From the NCBI GenBank assembly GCA_031411295.1, contig JANOAV010000057.1, positions 35,204 to 99,203 on the forward strand: DNA of 64,000 nucleotides, read 5' to 3'. The notes beneath the pieces were generated by a model, which worked only from the letters and a program-made list of their open reading frames with translations, did not search any database and was not told the origin of the DNA. Positions 46,865-56,869 of the stretch are shown piece after piece (positions within the stretch are counted from its first letter, which is position 1; each line of letters opens with the position of its first letter). The stretch comes from Verrucomicrobiales bacterium. Lineage in GTDB: Bacteria; Verrucomicrobiota; Verrucomicrobiia; Verrucomicrobiales; V1-33. A program made the position numbers and the translations under genes.

Positions 46865-48082
46865 ATGACTACTTCTCATTCCCCAGGGTTCCATTGGATT
46901 TCCGCCGTTGCTTCGTTGGTTTGCCTTCCTGCTTTGCAGGCCGCACCCGAGGTGAAATATACCACGCAGCGTCTAACCGATGTGTTCTACGCCGAAGGTG
47001 CCACCGCCGCAGATGTGAATCAAGATGGCAAGATGGACATCATTTACGGCCCCCATTGGTATGCGGGGCCGGACTGGAAGGTAGCCCATGAGATTTACGA
47101 GCCGAAACCTTTCAAGCCAGACAACGATTACTCGAAGAACTTCGTGGCCTACGCTCCAGACTTGAATGGGGATAAATTTCCCGACTATCTGGTTCTGGGC
47201 TTCCCGGGCGACTGGGCCTACTGGTTCGAGAATCCCAAGGGCAAGGACGGTCCGTGGATTCGCCACGATGTTCTCAAGGTGCTGGATAACGAGTCGCCCA
47301 CGTGGGCAGATATCACGGGCGATGGGAAACCGGAGATTGTGGGCAGCAGTGGTGGGTTCTTTGGCTATGCGGCTCCAGATTCTAAAGACCCCACGAAGGA
47401 ATGGGCGTTCCAGAAGATCTCCAGCATCAATGCCGCCGGTGGTAAATTCACCCATGGCCTCGGCGTGGGCGATGTGAATGGCGATGGTCGGCCCGATTTG
47501 TTGGAGAAAAATGGTTGGTGGGAACAACCCGCCGATTCCCGCACCGAATGGCCGCAGCACAAGGTGGCCTTCAGCAATCAAGGCGGTTCGCAAATGTTCG
47601 CTTATGATTTCGATGGCGATGGCGACAACGATGTCCTAACGGCTGAATTCGCTCACGGCTATGGCTTGTTCTGGTTCGAAAACACCGGCAAGCAAGCCAA
47701 TGGCGACCTCGCATTTACCCCGCACCGGATTCTGGGCAGCAAGGCGGAAGAGAATGCTGAGGGCGTGTTCTTTAGCCAACTCCATGCGATCGATTTAGTG
47801 GATATCAATGGTGATGGCGTGAAGGATATTATCACCGGGAAGCGCTACTTCGCCCATGGCAGTCATGGCGATGCCGCCCCGCTGGACCCTGCCGTGCTTT
47901 ATTGGTTTGAAGTGCAGCCCGGCAAGAAAAGTGGCGAGGCCAAGTTCCTTTCCCACTTGGTTCACAGCGATTCCGGGGTGGGCACTCAAGTGCTGGGAAC
48001 CGACATCAATGGAGATGGCATTCCAGACATCGTGGTGGGCAACAAAAAAGGCTGTCATGTTAGCGTTTCGGTGAAGCCGTAG
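46865..48082 (+). CDS. FG-GAP/VCBS repeat secreted protein
   Basis: Seven D(V/I/L/F)xGDGxxD-type repeats. Confidence 0.9.
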   Translation: MTTSHSPGFHWISAVASLVCLPALQAAPEVKYTTQRLTDVFYAEGATAADVNQDGKMDIIYGPHWYAGPDWKVAHEIYEPKPFKPDNDYSKNFVAYAPDLNGDKFPDYLVLGFPGDWAYWFENPKGKDGPWIRHDVLKVLDNESPTWADITGDGKPEIVGSSGGFFGYAAPDSKDPTKEWAFQKISSINAAGGKFTHGLGVGDVNGDGRPDLLEKNGWWEQPADSRTEWPQHKVAFSNQGGSQMFAYDFDGDGDNDVLTAEFAHGYGLFWFENTGKQANGDLAFTPHRILGSKAEENAEGVFFSQLHAIDLVDINGDGVKDIITGKRYFAHGSHGDAAPLDPAVLYWFEVQPGKKSGEAKFLSHLVHSDSGVGTQVLGTDINGDGIPDIVVGNKKGCHVSVSVKP

Positions 48083-48189
48083 CCTGGCTGTCTTGGTCTC
48101 ACCGCTGGGCAATAATCGCGGGAGCAGGGTGGCAATGCGCTGCTGCTCGTTGCCACCTCCGTGAAAACAATCCTCGTTGACCAATGCAC

Positions 48190-48334
48190 GGCGGATTTTT
48201 GCACGGGCCGTTCCCAAGGTGTGGGGCTTTGAAAGCCCCACCATCATGATAGGATAACAAATTGAGCTAAGCAATACCCATGCTTGGGAGCGGGGCTTCA
48301 AAAGCCCCGCTCCTTGGGCGTGGAAAAATCCGCC
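48190..48334. mobile_element. ~145-bp MITE/REPIN-like non-coding element, copy 2 (inverted relative to copy 1)
   Basis: GGCGGATTTTTGCAC ... GTGGAAAAATCCGCC ends; core is the reverse complement of 41246-41391. Confidence 0.75.
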
Positions 48335-48404
48335 ATGTTAACCAACGCGCAATCTTACACTTAGGTTTGACAGGGCAGGGAAATTTCGCTACGCCTATTT
48401 AATC

Positions 48405-49328
48405 ATGAGCCTAACATCCTTCTGCCGCACCACCGTCTTTCTCGCTTCTTTCGTAACCCTTCCGGCGTTCGCGCAGGATCAACCTGCCGCAGATCCGGCC
48501 CCGGCGGCTGAGGCTGGAACGGAGCAGGATGCTGCGGCGGCAGCGCGCGCGGCGGCCATGAAGAAAATTGAATCCTTCGGCTGGACGCGCTCCGGCAAAG
48601 CCAAGATTGGGAGCAGGGCGGAGATCGAGGTGCCAGAAGGTCTGCAAATGACGAATGGTTCCGGTGCGCAGAAACTCCTGCGGATGTTCGACAACATCCC
48701 TTCCGGTCGGGAATTGGGGATTCTGTCCGCTCCGGATCTGTCCTGGTGGGCAGATTTTACCTTTAGCGATGATGGTTACGTGAAAGACGACGAGAAATCC
48801 GATATTGATGCGGATAAGCTGCTGGCCACGCTTCAGGAAGGGCAGCGCGAGTCCAATAAGGCCCGGCAGGAGCAAAAGCTCATCCCGTTTGTCCTGACCG
48901 ATTGGGCCGTGAAACCGTTCTATAATGAGGCTAGCAAAGCATTAGAGTTCGGCTTCAAACTCAAAGAGGAAGGTGCCGCGGATGATCAGGCGAGCGTCAA
49001 CTACAGCACCAAAATTCTTGGCCGCCATGGGGTGATGAACGTCACTTTGGTCTGCGCTCCTGATAATCTCGAAGCCTCGCTCTCTCAACTCCGTGGCGCC
49101 CTCAAGGGCTTCAGCTACGTGGGTGGAGAAACGTATGCGGAATATCGCAAAGGCGACAAAATTGCCGAATACGGCCTGACGGCGCTGGTGGCGGGCGGCA
49201 CGTTGGCGGTGGCGGCCAAGACAGGATTGTTGGGCAAATTGATCAAGCCCATCATGATTGGTCTGGTGGCGGTTGGAGCGATGCTGAAGCGCTTCTGGTC
49301 CAAAATCACTGGCAGGGGCCAGTCCTAG
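48405..49328 (+). CDS. DUF2167 family membrane-anchored protein
   Basis: DGYVKDDE, VNYSTKILGRHG, GDKIAEYGLTALVAGG, AAKTGLL. Confidence 0.9.
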   Translation: MSLTSFCRTTVFLASFVTLPAFAQDQPAADPAPAAEAGTEQDAAAAARAAAMKKIESFGWTRSGKAKIGSRAEIEVPEGLQMTNGSGAQKLLRMFDNIPSGRELGILSAPDLSWWADFTFSDDGYVKDDEKSDIDADKLLATLQEGQRESNKARQEQKLIPFVLTDWAVKPFYNEASKALEFGFKLKEEGAADDQASVNYSTKILGRHGVMNVTLVCAPDNLEASLSQLRGALKGFSYVGGETYAEYRKGDKIAEYGLTALVAGGTLAVAAKTGLLGKLIKPIMIGLVAVGAMLKRFWSKITGRGQS

Positions 49329-49349
49329 CATCGTGACTGCTTTTTACCT

Positions 49350-50201
49350 ATGACTGAGAACCAATTTCTGGTGCTCATCCTGGGCTTGGTTTACCTCTCA
49401 GAGTGCTGCTGTTGGGTGCCTGCCACGAGTTATGCCTTCCAACTTTTTCGATTGGGTGAAGGGCAGGTCAATCCTCCTGGCAAAGGACTCGGCAATGCTC
49501 ATGGGCGCTTGGTGCTGGCGCGCCTTTTGCCTTTCAGGGCGGGATTGCACGTGGTGCCGTTGGAGGGTGGGACATTGGACACTGCCGCCGCGCAAGCTCG
49601 CTGGCAAGACTTTCGCGACCGCACGAAATGGCTGGGCCGGGGGGCGGTGCTCAGTTTCCTGATGCTGTTCCTCCTCATTCCCACGGTTTGGCAACTTTAC
49701 GGTGCGGAGTCTCGTGTTATGCTAGTGTCCGCGCTGTCGCTGTTGATGGTGAATTTGATTACCGCCGGGATCTATTTCAAAGCCCACCCCACATATCATC
49801 CAGGGGAGACGTGGGATCGGTGGCAGCATAGTCTGTTCATCGCCTTGGTGCCCACCCATACCTCCCGAGCACGTGATACCTTGGGCAGGAAATTGCTGCA
49901 ATCCTACCATCCATTGGCCGTAGCCGCGTTCGCACTGCCGGAAGACGTATTCAAACGACTGGCTGAGCGTTGGTTGCGTCAGGCTACCTATCCCCTACCA
50001 GGCAAAGCACAGGCCGCCGACTTGCCAGCGTTGACGCAATTCCTCCAGCCGTATAACATTCAGATCACTGCGCCTGTGGCGTCGGACGAGGCCACGCAAT
50101 ATTGCCCTCGATGCACCGCTCAGTTCGGGGCGAGTGCTAACGGTTGTTCAGACTGCGAGGGACTCAAATTGGAACCATTGGCGGCGGAAATTTCGTCCTA
50201 G
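49350..50201 (+). CDS. Hypothetical membrane protein with C-terminal Zn ribbon
   Basis: Several TM segments; YCPRC...CSDC. Confidence 0.75.
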   Translation: MTENQFLVLILGLVYLSECCCWVPATSYAFQLFRLGEGQVNPPGKGLGNAHGRLVLARLLPFRAGLHVVPLEGGTLDTAAAQARWQDFRDRTKWLGRGAVLSFLMLFLLIPTVWQLYGAESRVMLVSALSLLMVNLITAGIYFKAHPTYHPGETWDRWQHSLFIALVPTHTSRARDTLGRKLLQSYHPLAVAAFALPEDVFKRLAERWLRQATYPLPGKAQAADLPALTQFLQPYNIQITAPVASDEATQYCPRCTAQFGASANGCSDCEGLKLEPLAAEISS

Positions 50202-50234
50202 ACGTTGGATGGCTCTGCGCGAAACTCTGGCCAC

Positions 50235-51341
50235 ATGCCAAGTCCGCGCGTTATTTTTCATCTCGATATGGATGCGTTTTACGCCTCCGTGGAGCAGCGT
50301 GATCACCCGGAGTTGCAGGGCCAACCTGTGATTGTGGGATCTCCGCCGGATCGACGCGGGGTGGTCTGTGCGGCCAGTTATGAAGCTAGGAAATTCGGCG
50401 TGCGTTCTGCCATGCCCAGTGTGACCGCCGGGCGATTGTGTCCTCAGGGCGTGTTCGTGCGGCCACGGATGGAGGCCTATCGCGACGAGAGCCATGCCAT
50501 CATGGAAATTGTGCGCAGCTTTGCCGGAGACTTAGTGCAGCAGGTTTCCGTGGATGAGGCTTACCTGGAGGTGACCAATCAGTTGCCCAGTGCTGCGACC
50601 CACGATGCCCTGCTGGCAAGCGCGCTGCCACTGGCGCAGGAAATCAAGGCGGCCATTCAAGCGCAGCGGAATTTGACCGCCACCATCGGGGTCGCTCCGA
50701 ACAAGCTGCTGGCGAAAATTGCGTCTTCACAATTCAAACCGAACGGGCTGACGTTGGTCAAGGATTCGATTAAGGCAGAATTCCTCGCCCCCATGCCGGT
50801 CGGGGCTATTCACGGAGTGGGGAAGGTGACGGAGGAAGTCCTAACCAAGGCGGGATTCAAAATCATAGCCGATCTCCAGGCCACGAAGCGGGATCTCCGT
50901 GCCATCGTGGGAAATTGGGGGCAGGAACTCAAACGCCTGGCCCACGGGGAGGATGACCGACCATTGGATCTGGCGGATGAAATCAAGAGTATCAGCAGTG
51001 AGAATACCTTCCTGCAAGACACCAGCCACCGTCCATTGCTGCGGCAGTGCCTGCGTGAACAAGCGGCGGAATTGGTGGAGAAATTGATGAAATATCGCCT
51101 GGCTGGCGGCACCGTGCAGGTCAAAGTCCGCTACAGTGATTTCACCACCCTAACGCGTCAGATCAGCCTGGATGCCCCGCTCGAAGACGCGGTAACAATC
51201 TATCGTTGTGCCTGCTGGTTGCTCGCGCGGCATCAACTGGTGCAGCGCCCGTTGCGGCTCCTGGGCCTTGGCGTCTCAGGCCTGCGCGCCGTCACGGTGC
51301 GTCAGTTGACGTTGCCGCTGGATGTCCCGGCTGGAGGGTAG
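50235..51341 (+). CDS. dinB: DNA polymerase IV (Y family)
   Basis: HLDMDAFYASVE, ASYEAR, SVDEAYL, NKLLAKIAS, KPNG. Confidence 0.97.
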   Translation: MPSPRVIFHLDMDAFYASVEQRDHPELQGQPVIVGSPPDRRGVVCAASYEARKFGVRSAMPSVTAGRLCPQGVFVRPRMEAYRDESHAIMEIVRSFAGDLVQQVSVDEAYLEVTNQLPSAATHDALLASALPLAQEIKAAIQAQRNLTATIGVAPNKLLAKIASSQFKPNGLTLVKDSIKAEFLAPMPVGAIHGVGKVTEEVLTKAGFKIIADLQATKRDLRAIVGNWGQELKRLAHGEDDRPLDLADEIKSISSENTFLQDTSHRPLLRQCLREQAAELVEKLMKYRLAGGTVQVKVRYSDFTTLTRQISLDAPLEDAVTIYRCACWLLARHQLVQRPLRLLGLGVSGLRAVTVRQLTLPLDVPAGG

Positions 51342-51427
51342 TCTAAAGGTGGTTCGCACAGTCCTCTGTGCGGTGGATCATGCTGTGCCGCCACCTCGGA
51401 ACCGCTGTTTAAACCCTAAACTGAACC

Positions 51428-52543
51428 CTAAACATTGAAGCGCCATTCGACGACGTCGCCATCCTGGACGACGTATTCCTTGCCTTCGATGCGGAGTTTG
51501 CCCATTTCCCGGGCTTTGGCATAGGTGCCAGCAGCCACGAGATCTTTGAAGGCGACGATTTCTCCAGCAATGAAGCCGCGTTCGAAATCGCTGTGGATGA
51601 CACCGGCACAGGCGGGACATTTCATGCCTGCGGTGAAGGTCCAGGCGCGGGTTTCCTTCTCCCCGGTCGTGAGATAGGTTTTCAGGCCGAGCAGGGAATA
51701 GACGGCTTTGATGAGATTGGAGACCCCGCTCTCTTCCGCACCCAAGCTTGAGAGGTATTCGGCGGCATCTTCGGCTGGTAAATCGGCCATTTCCTGTTCA
51801 ATGGCAGCACTGATGACGCAGGCTCCAGAGCCGTGGTGCTCCCGGGCATATTGTTGAACGGCTTTGACGTGGGCGTGGCTTTCGGGATCCTTGAGCGCTC
51901 CCGCCAGTTCGTCCTCGGAAACGTTGCAAGCGAAGATGGTGGGCTTGGAACTGAGTAGGAAGAACCCCTGCATAATCTTGTTCTCAGCATCCGTCAGCTC
52001 ACAGGTTAGGGCGGGCTTGCCGTCATTTAAGTGCGGCAGGAGTTTCACGATGACGTCATTTTCTGCTTTGGCTTCTTTGTCGCCTCCTTTGGCCTTCTTC
52101 TCGTTGCGGTCTTTGCGCTTATCGAGGCTGTTGATGTCGGCCAGAATCAATTCGGTGTTGATGACTTCGATGTCCCGCACGGGATCGATGCCGCCGCTGA
52201 CATGGTGAATGTCTTCATTTTCAAAGCAACGCACCACTTGGACAATGGCGTGCACTTCGCGAATGTGGCTGAGAAATTGATTCCCGAGACCTTCCCCCTG
52301 GCTGGCTCCTTTGACAAGGCCGGCAATGTCCACGAATTCGATCGTGGCCGGGATCAGCTTTTGAGATTTCGTAATTTTGGATAATACCTCCAAACGCTCG
52401 TCGGGCACCACGACGACGCCTTGATTCGGGTCGATGGTGCAAAAGGGATAGTTTGCCGCTTCCGCTTTGCGGGAACGGGTCACGGCGTTAAAGAGAGTGG
52501 ATTTACCCACATTTGGAAGACCAACGATGCCTGCTTGTAACAT
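51428..52543 (-). CDS. ychF: Redox-regulated ATPase YchF
   Basis: GIVGLPNVGKSTLFN, ANYPFCTIDPN, DIAGLVKGAS, EGKEYVVQDGD. Confidence 0.98.
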   Translation of the reverse strand: MLQAGIVGLPNVGKSTLFNAVTRSRKAEAANYPFCTIDPNQGVVVVPDERLEVLSKITKSQKLIPATIEFVDIAGLVKGASQGEGLGNQFLSHIREVHAIVQVVRCFENEDIHHVSGGIDPVRDIEVINTELILADINSLDKRKDRNEKKAKGGDKEAKAENDVIVKLLPHLNDGKPALTCELTDAENKIMQGFFLLSSKPTIFACNVSEDELAGALKDPESHAHVKAVQQYAREHHGSGACVISAAIEQEMADLPAEDAAEYLSSLGAEESGVSNLIKAVYSLLGLKTYLTTGEKETRAWTFTAGMKCPACAGVIHSDFERGFIAGEIVAFKDLVAAGTYAKAREMGKLRIEGKEYVVQDGDVVEWRFNV

Positions 52544-52667
52544 AGGGCGGGGATTCTAGGGACGCCCGGCCCCGGGTCAAGCACGAGTTCTCATAACCCA
52601 CGGACATTTCGGACAATTGCCCTTACGTTTCGTCCCAAGGCTAGGCTCCCCGCAGCGGAGCGGTGGT

Positions 52668-53270
52668 TCACAATCCGGGCTGATCATCGAGATACACGCT
52701 AATCTGCATGCTGACTCCATCAAGAAAGGCTGCCAGCTGGCGCATCGCTTGGAAAAAGTTGTTTACATCAAGAAGTTCAATTCGTTTGGTCGTGCTGACC
52801 CCTTCTTTGTCTGAGGGGTAGCGGAATACCATCGACTTATTGTCGAGGGCGGCAAGCTCCTGGATAAGGCGCGTCGCATTTATGATTTCGCGGCTTGGAG
52901 GAGTCGGCCAAATCTGCTCAAGTAAAGGCCGGAGGAAGTCCCAGAGCTTAACTAAACCATGAACGGCTGGCCACTCCGACGGGAGAGCCAGCAGTAACAC
53001 TGCACGCTGGATAAGTTCCTTGATGCGCAGCTCGACGTAGTGGCGATACAGAAACACCATCGGGAAGACAACGGAGTCGGGGTAACCACCGCTTGCATGC
53101 CAGGAAGTATAAAGCTGCTCGGCTGCCTCATGGTAACCCTCAGCGAAGAGGCTCCATTGCGCAGGGAGCGTTGGTTGGCACGAAAGTGCGAATAGCCTGT
53201 CCGTTTCTTTAAATATCTGGGTCGTTTCATCCGGCCACGGCATTTTGCTTAAGTCGAAAGATAGGTTCAC
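52668..53270 (-). CDS. Hypothetical protein, HEPN-like
   Basis: FLYRHYVELRIK, HGLVKLW, D..SMVFRYP parallel the HEPN E..K / H.L..L / RYP pattern; GTG start. Confidence 0.55.
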   Translation of the reverse strand: MNLSFDLSKMPWPDETTQIFKETDRLFALSCQPTLPAQWSLFAEGYHEAAEQLYTSWHASGGYPDSVVFPMVFLYRHYVELRIKELIQRAVLLLALPSEWPAVHGLVKLWDFLRPLLEQIWPTPPSREIINATRLIQELAALDNKSMVFRYPSDKEGVSTTKRIELLDVNNFFQAMRQLAAFLDGVSMQISVYLDDQPGL

Positions 53271-53340
53271 GTCAGTTGTTTTGCTTTAAGATAGTCACGT
53301 TTAGGCTAGGCGGTTGATACTGAAGATGGATTTGCCTAGC

Positions 53341-54351
53341 TCATTTGATATTGACCCGGTAAAACTTCTTTGCTTCAGGTTCGGTTGAGTCAAAGAAGGT
53401 GGCCAGCGAACCGTTACCGGTGATCGCTGACCCACTATTCGCCCATGACGAAAGATTATAGGAAACCTGGACCTGATAAATTTTTCCAACTTGAGTTTGC
53501 CATTGCAGCCTTGCTGCTTGAGTTATCTCGATGTTTGGAACCGTGGGCAACGGCGGGCCCGGAGGCACTACATCCGACCATGTATAACCGATTCGAAGCT
53601 CATCGATCACGACTACCGATCCAGGTCCGCCTACGTCAGTAGAAGTTACACTGAAGCCTACGTCCGAAATCTCGGTGCCACTCTCGATTGGTCCGTTGAT
53701 ACCAGCGACAGCTCCTGGGTCCGTTGATGCAGAGGGGTTAACCCAGGTTTGCAGATAGTAACGGGTGGATGACGGGCGCGCCCAACGAGCCACAATCAAA
53801 TACGTTCCGCCAGCAACAAACGCTGGACTAACCCCTATTCCAGCCCCATCCGCGTTAAATGCCATTAGGGTCATCGAAGTTGCGTTCTGGTTGGGGCGGA
53901 ACGCAAGTCGTCCATAATTAACCGTTCCCGCATTGATTCGGAATTCAATGCTGTCGGTCCCGGTTCCGAAGGAATCAGGTCTGAAAAGAAAACTAAAATA
54001 GAGCGTGGTGTTTTGCCCAATGATTGATCTTGAAGCCAGCAATGTTCCCGGCACTGGTTCTGGCAAAGTGCTTAGCCGGAGTGAGCGGTCGCCTCCATTG
54101 ACTAAACTTCCGCCGGAAATTTGGAACGAAAGATTTGGAAGTGGATCGACAATTTGGAATCGGCTATCACTGCCTCCACTCCAGCCGGTGTCAGCCCATC
54201 CCGTTGCTGTTGATCCAGAACCCCCAACCCCACTTCCAAGCGGCAGGCCGTTAAATGATTCGTAAGCAATCGACTGCGCGCTACTCATGGTTCTCAAGCA
54301 CCCAAGCAACACCAACGCAAATTTAGTAATTGTAACAAGCGTGTGTTTCAT
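53341..54351 (-). CDS. Secreted beta-rich hypothetical protein with Verrucomicrobia-type C-terminal domain
   Basis: Signal peptide, AYESF, WVNP, IDELRIG.TWSDV; tail LQW...YQVQ.S.NL..W...KKFYRV. Confidence 0.8.
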   Translation of the reverse strand: MKHTLVTITKFALVLLGCLRTMSSAQSIAYESFNGLPLGSGVGGSGSTATGWADTGWSGGSDSRFQIVDPLPNLSFQISGGSLVNGGDRSLRLSTLPEPVPGTLLASRSIIGQNTTLYFSFLFRPDSFGTGTDSIEFRINAGTVNYGRLAFRPNQNATSMTLMAFNADGAGIGVSPAFVAGGTYLIVARWARPSSTRYYLQTWVNPSASTDPGAVAGINGPIESGTEISDVGFSVTSTDVGGPGSVVVIDELRIGYTWSDVVPPGPPLPTVPNIEITQAARLQWQTQVGKIYQVQVSYNLSSWANSGSAITGNGSLATFFDSTEPEAKKFYRVNIK

Positions 54352-54859
54352 ACAATTCTTAAGGGAAGACGATCCGACTGAGATTTGAGAGGTGAATTTC
54401 TAAAGATCTCCGATCACGGGACATGCCCGGAGCGGATATTCTAACTTCCTGAGGTTTTCTCCTCCCGCAAGACAAATCACCCTCCCTGTATGCGAAATCG
54501 CTTTTAGATTTTCTGCCATAAATGGAAGGGCATATTAGCCCGCCGTCTTTGATAGATTGACACGAGGGCTGCCCCTTTGAAGAGGTAAAACCAACGGAAG
54601 CGAGCCAAGCTGAACAACAGATCAGCCTTCATGCTTTTGGAAGCTGTGGTGGATGTAAATCAAACCAAATATTTAACGATTATCGACGAGGGTTTCGAAA
54701 TGTGTTTGCGTATTGATCTCCGTTATCCTCCTTTGCTTCATCGTAAAATCAAACTCCCCGGCTCGCGACATTCTTGACGAACCTTGATTTCCCGAACATG
54801 GTTCGGTTCAGTCGCGCCCCTTGGTTTAGCGGCTAAATTTCCCCCCACGTAAATCTAAC

Positions 54860-55984
54860 ATGAGCAGTATTCACGGTCACGTCTTCCGCATCAGCACCTT
54901 TGGCGAATCCCACGGAGGTGGGATTGGCGTGGTGATTGATGGTTGTCCGCCCGGACTTCCTATTTCTGAAGCGGAAATCCAGTTTGAGCTGGATCGGCGG
55001 CGGCCGGGTCAGAGTAAAGTGACGACGCCTCGGAAGGAAGCGGACCAATGCGAGATCCTCAGCGGGGTCTTCAAAGGGGAAACCACCGGTGCCTCGCTCG
55101 CGATTCTAGTGCGCAACGAGGACGCGCGGACGAGTTCTTACGAAGAAATGGCGATCAAGTATCGCCCTTCCCATGCGGACTATACCTATGATGCCAAATT
55201 CGGTTTCCGGAGTTGGCCAGGCGGTGGCCGGGCTTCGGCCCGGGAAACGATTGGTCGCGTGGCGGCGGCGGCGGTGGCGCGCAAGGTGATTTGCAGTCTG
55301 GTGCCGGGCTTTGAAATCGTGGGCTATGTGAAATCGATCAAGGATCTCGTGGCCAACGTGGATCCTAGCACGGTGAAATTTACGGATGTGGAATCCAACA
55401 TCGTGCGCACCGGAGATCCGGCCATGGTGGACCCGATGATTGAGCTGATCGAGGCTACTCGGTCGGAGGGAAATTCCGTCGGTGGGGTGGTGGAATGTGT
55501 CATCCGTGGCTGCCCGGCAGGCTTGGGGGAACCAGTGTTCGACAAGCTGGACGCAGACCTTGCCAAAGCCATGCTCAGCCTGCCAGCGACGAAGGGCTTC
55601 GAGGTGGGCTCGGGTTTTGCGGGAACGAAACTAACCGGGCTGGAACATAACGACCATTTCCGCATGGAAGAGGGGAAGGTGCAGACGACGAGCAATCGCA
55701 GCGGCGGGATCCAGGGCGGAATCAGTAACGCGGAGGACATCGTCTTCCGCGTGGCCTTCAAACCAACCGCCACGGTCATGCATTCGCAACCGACCGTGGA
55801 CGTGCACGGCAAGGACACAGAACTCAAGGGACGCGGCCGCCACGATGCCTGCGTTCTGCCCCGGGCCGTGCCCATGGTGGAAGCCATGGCCGCGTTAGTC
55901 ATCTGCGATCACCTGCTGCGGCAGCGTGCCCAGACGGGCGTGGCAGGTAGTTTGTGGAAACCAGTGCCGCAACCGCTGCTCTGA
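54860..55984 (+). CDS. aroC: Chorismate synthase
   Basis: [42 protein letters not shown]. Confidence 0.98.
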   Translation: MSSIHGHVFRISTFGESHGGGIGVVIDGCPPGLPISEAEIQFELDRRRPGQSKVTTPRKEADQCEILSGVFKGETTGASLAILVRNEDARTSSYEEMAIKYRPSHADYTYDAKFGFRSWPGGGRASARETIGRVAAAAVARKVICSLVPGFEIVGYVKSIKDLVANVDPSTVKFTDVESNIVRTGDPAMVDPMIELIEATRSEGNSVGGVVECVIRGCPAGLGEPVFDKLDADLAKAMLSLPATKGFEVGSGFAGTKLTGLEHNDHFRMEEGKVQTTSNRSGGIQGGISNAEDIVFRVAFKPTATVMHSQPTVDVHGKDTELKGRGRHDACVLPRAVPMVEAMAALVICDHLLRQRAQTGVAGSLWKPVPQPLL

Positions 55985-56026
55985 GGCAGAACTTGCAAAA
56001 CCCCGCCAGAAGGTTACTCTTAAACT

Positions 56027-56800
56027 ATGTCCTCCGCCGTTCTGCCAGTAGTTCCCGCTCAAGCCACGCGTTTTACGCCTGCGCTGGTGCCGCGCGTGGT
56101 TTACCCTGACAGTGATGGTCTTCCTATGTCTGATAACACGCTGCAATTTAAATGGATCAACATGGTGGCTGCTGGATTTCATCGGCTCTTTCAAGATCGT
56201 CCAGATGTGTTCGTGGCCAGCGATTTGCTGTGGTATTATGTCGAGGGTGATCCCAAGATGCGTCTGGCCCCGGATACCATGATTGCCTTCGGTCGGCCTG
56301 CGGGGGATCGGGGTTCGTATAAACAATGGGAAGAAGAGAATGTGGCTCCGCAGGTGGTTTTTGAAATTCTATCTCCCGGAAATTCCGTGCACGAAATGCG
56401 GCGCAAGGCCCATACATACGAGAAGCTGGGGGTTGAGGAGTATTATGAATTTAACCCGGACAATGGAGACCTGGACGGCTACTGCCGAACGCAAGGAGAG
56501 TGGAAACTAATTGATAACATGCAGGGCTGGGTCAGTCCGCGGACTGGCGTGACCTTCGCCACGGATGGTTTGGATCTCATCATCAAGCGTCCAGACGGAC
56601 AGCCATTTTTGAAATATCATGAGCTGGTTACGGCTCCAGATGAGGCGGAATATCAACGGAAAGAAGCAGCGACGCAACGCGCGATAGCAGAAACAGAGCG
56701 CGCCCGGGCTGAAGCCAGCGAGTTTCAGGTGGAGCAGTTGGCCGCCAAGTTGCGGGAACTGGGAGTCGATCCCAGCACGGTGCTCCCTGGTAAGCCTTAG
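56027..56800 (+). CDS. Uma2 (DUF820) PD-(D/E)xK endonuclease-like protein with coiled-coil tail
   Basis: YPDSDGLPMSDNT, APD, PQVVFEILSPGN, GVEEYY, LRELGVDP. Confidence 0.92.
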   Translation: MSSAVLPVVPAQATRFTPALVPRVVYPDSDGLPMSDNTLQFKWINMVAAGFHRLFQDRPDVFVASDLLWYYVEGDPKMRLAPDTMIAFGRPAGDRGSYKQWEEENVAPQVVFEILSPGNSVHEMRRKAHTYEKLGVEEYYEFNPDNGDLDGYCRTQGEWKLIDNMQGWVSPRTGVTFATDGLDLIIKRPDGQPFLKYHELVTAPDEAEYQRKEAATQRAIAETERARAEASEFQVEQLAAKLRELGVDPSTVLPGKP

Positions 56801-56828
56801 GCTCAGGCTTGGGCGCCTGCGGCAAATT

Positions 56829-56844
56829 CTTCATCGCGCCTTCA
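56829..56844 (+). promoter_or_regulatory. Possible OmpR-type tandem binding site
   Basis: CTTCA repeated at 11-bp spacing (56829, 56840) just upstream of the response regulator. Confidence 0.3.
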
Positions 56845-56869
56845 GGTTTATCCGCTATGGTCTCCGGAT

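Noticed and set aside
46669..46866. Extension of ORF 45574-46866 and a weak match to the MITE hairpin near 46720
   Set aside because: The signal peptide starts at 46668; the similarity to the element is too short to call.
52600..53340. Integron attC sites around the islet genes
   Set aside because: Hairpins are present, but I could not find properly paired RYYYAAC/GTTRRRY boxes and there is no integrase in the window.
54631..54777. 48-codon ORF (MLLEAVVDVNQTK...) or riboswitch in the long spacer
   Set aside because: No recognisable protein motif or RNA consensus; cannot be supported without a search.
56027..56800. Uma2 protein as a restriction system
   Set aside because: No methyltransferase nearby; the family is commonly stand-alone and multi-copy.
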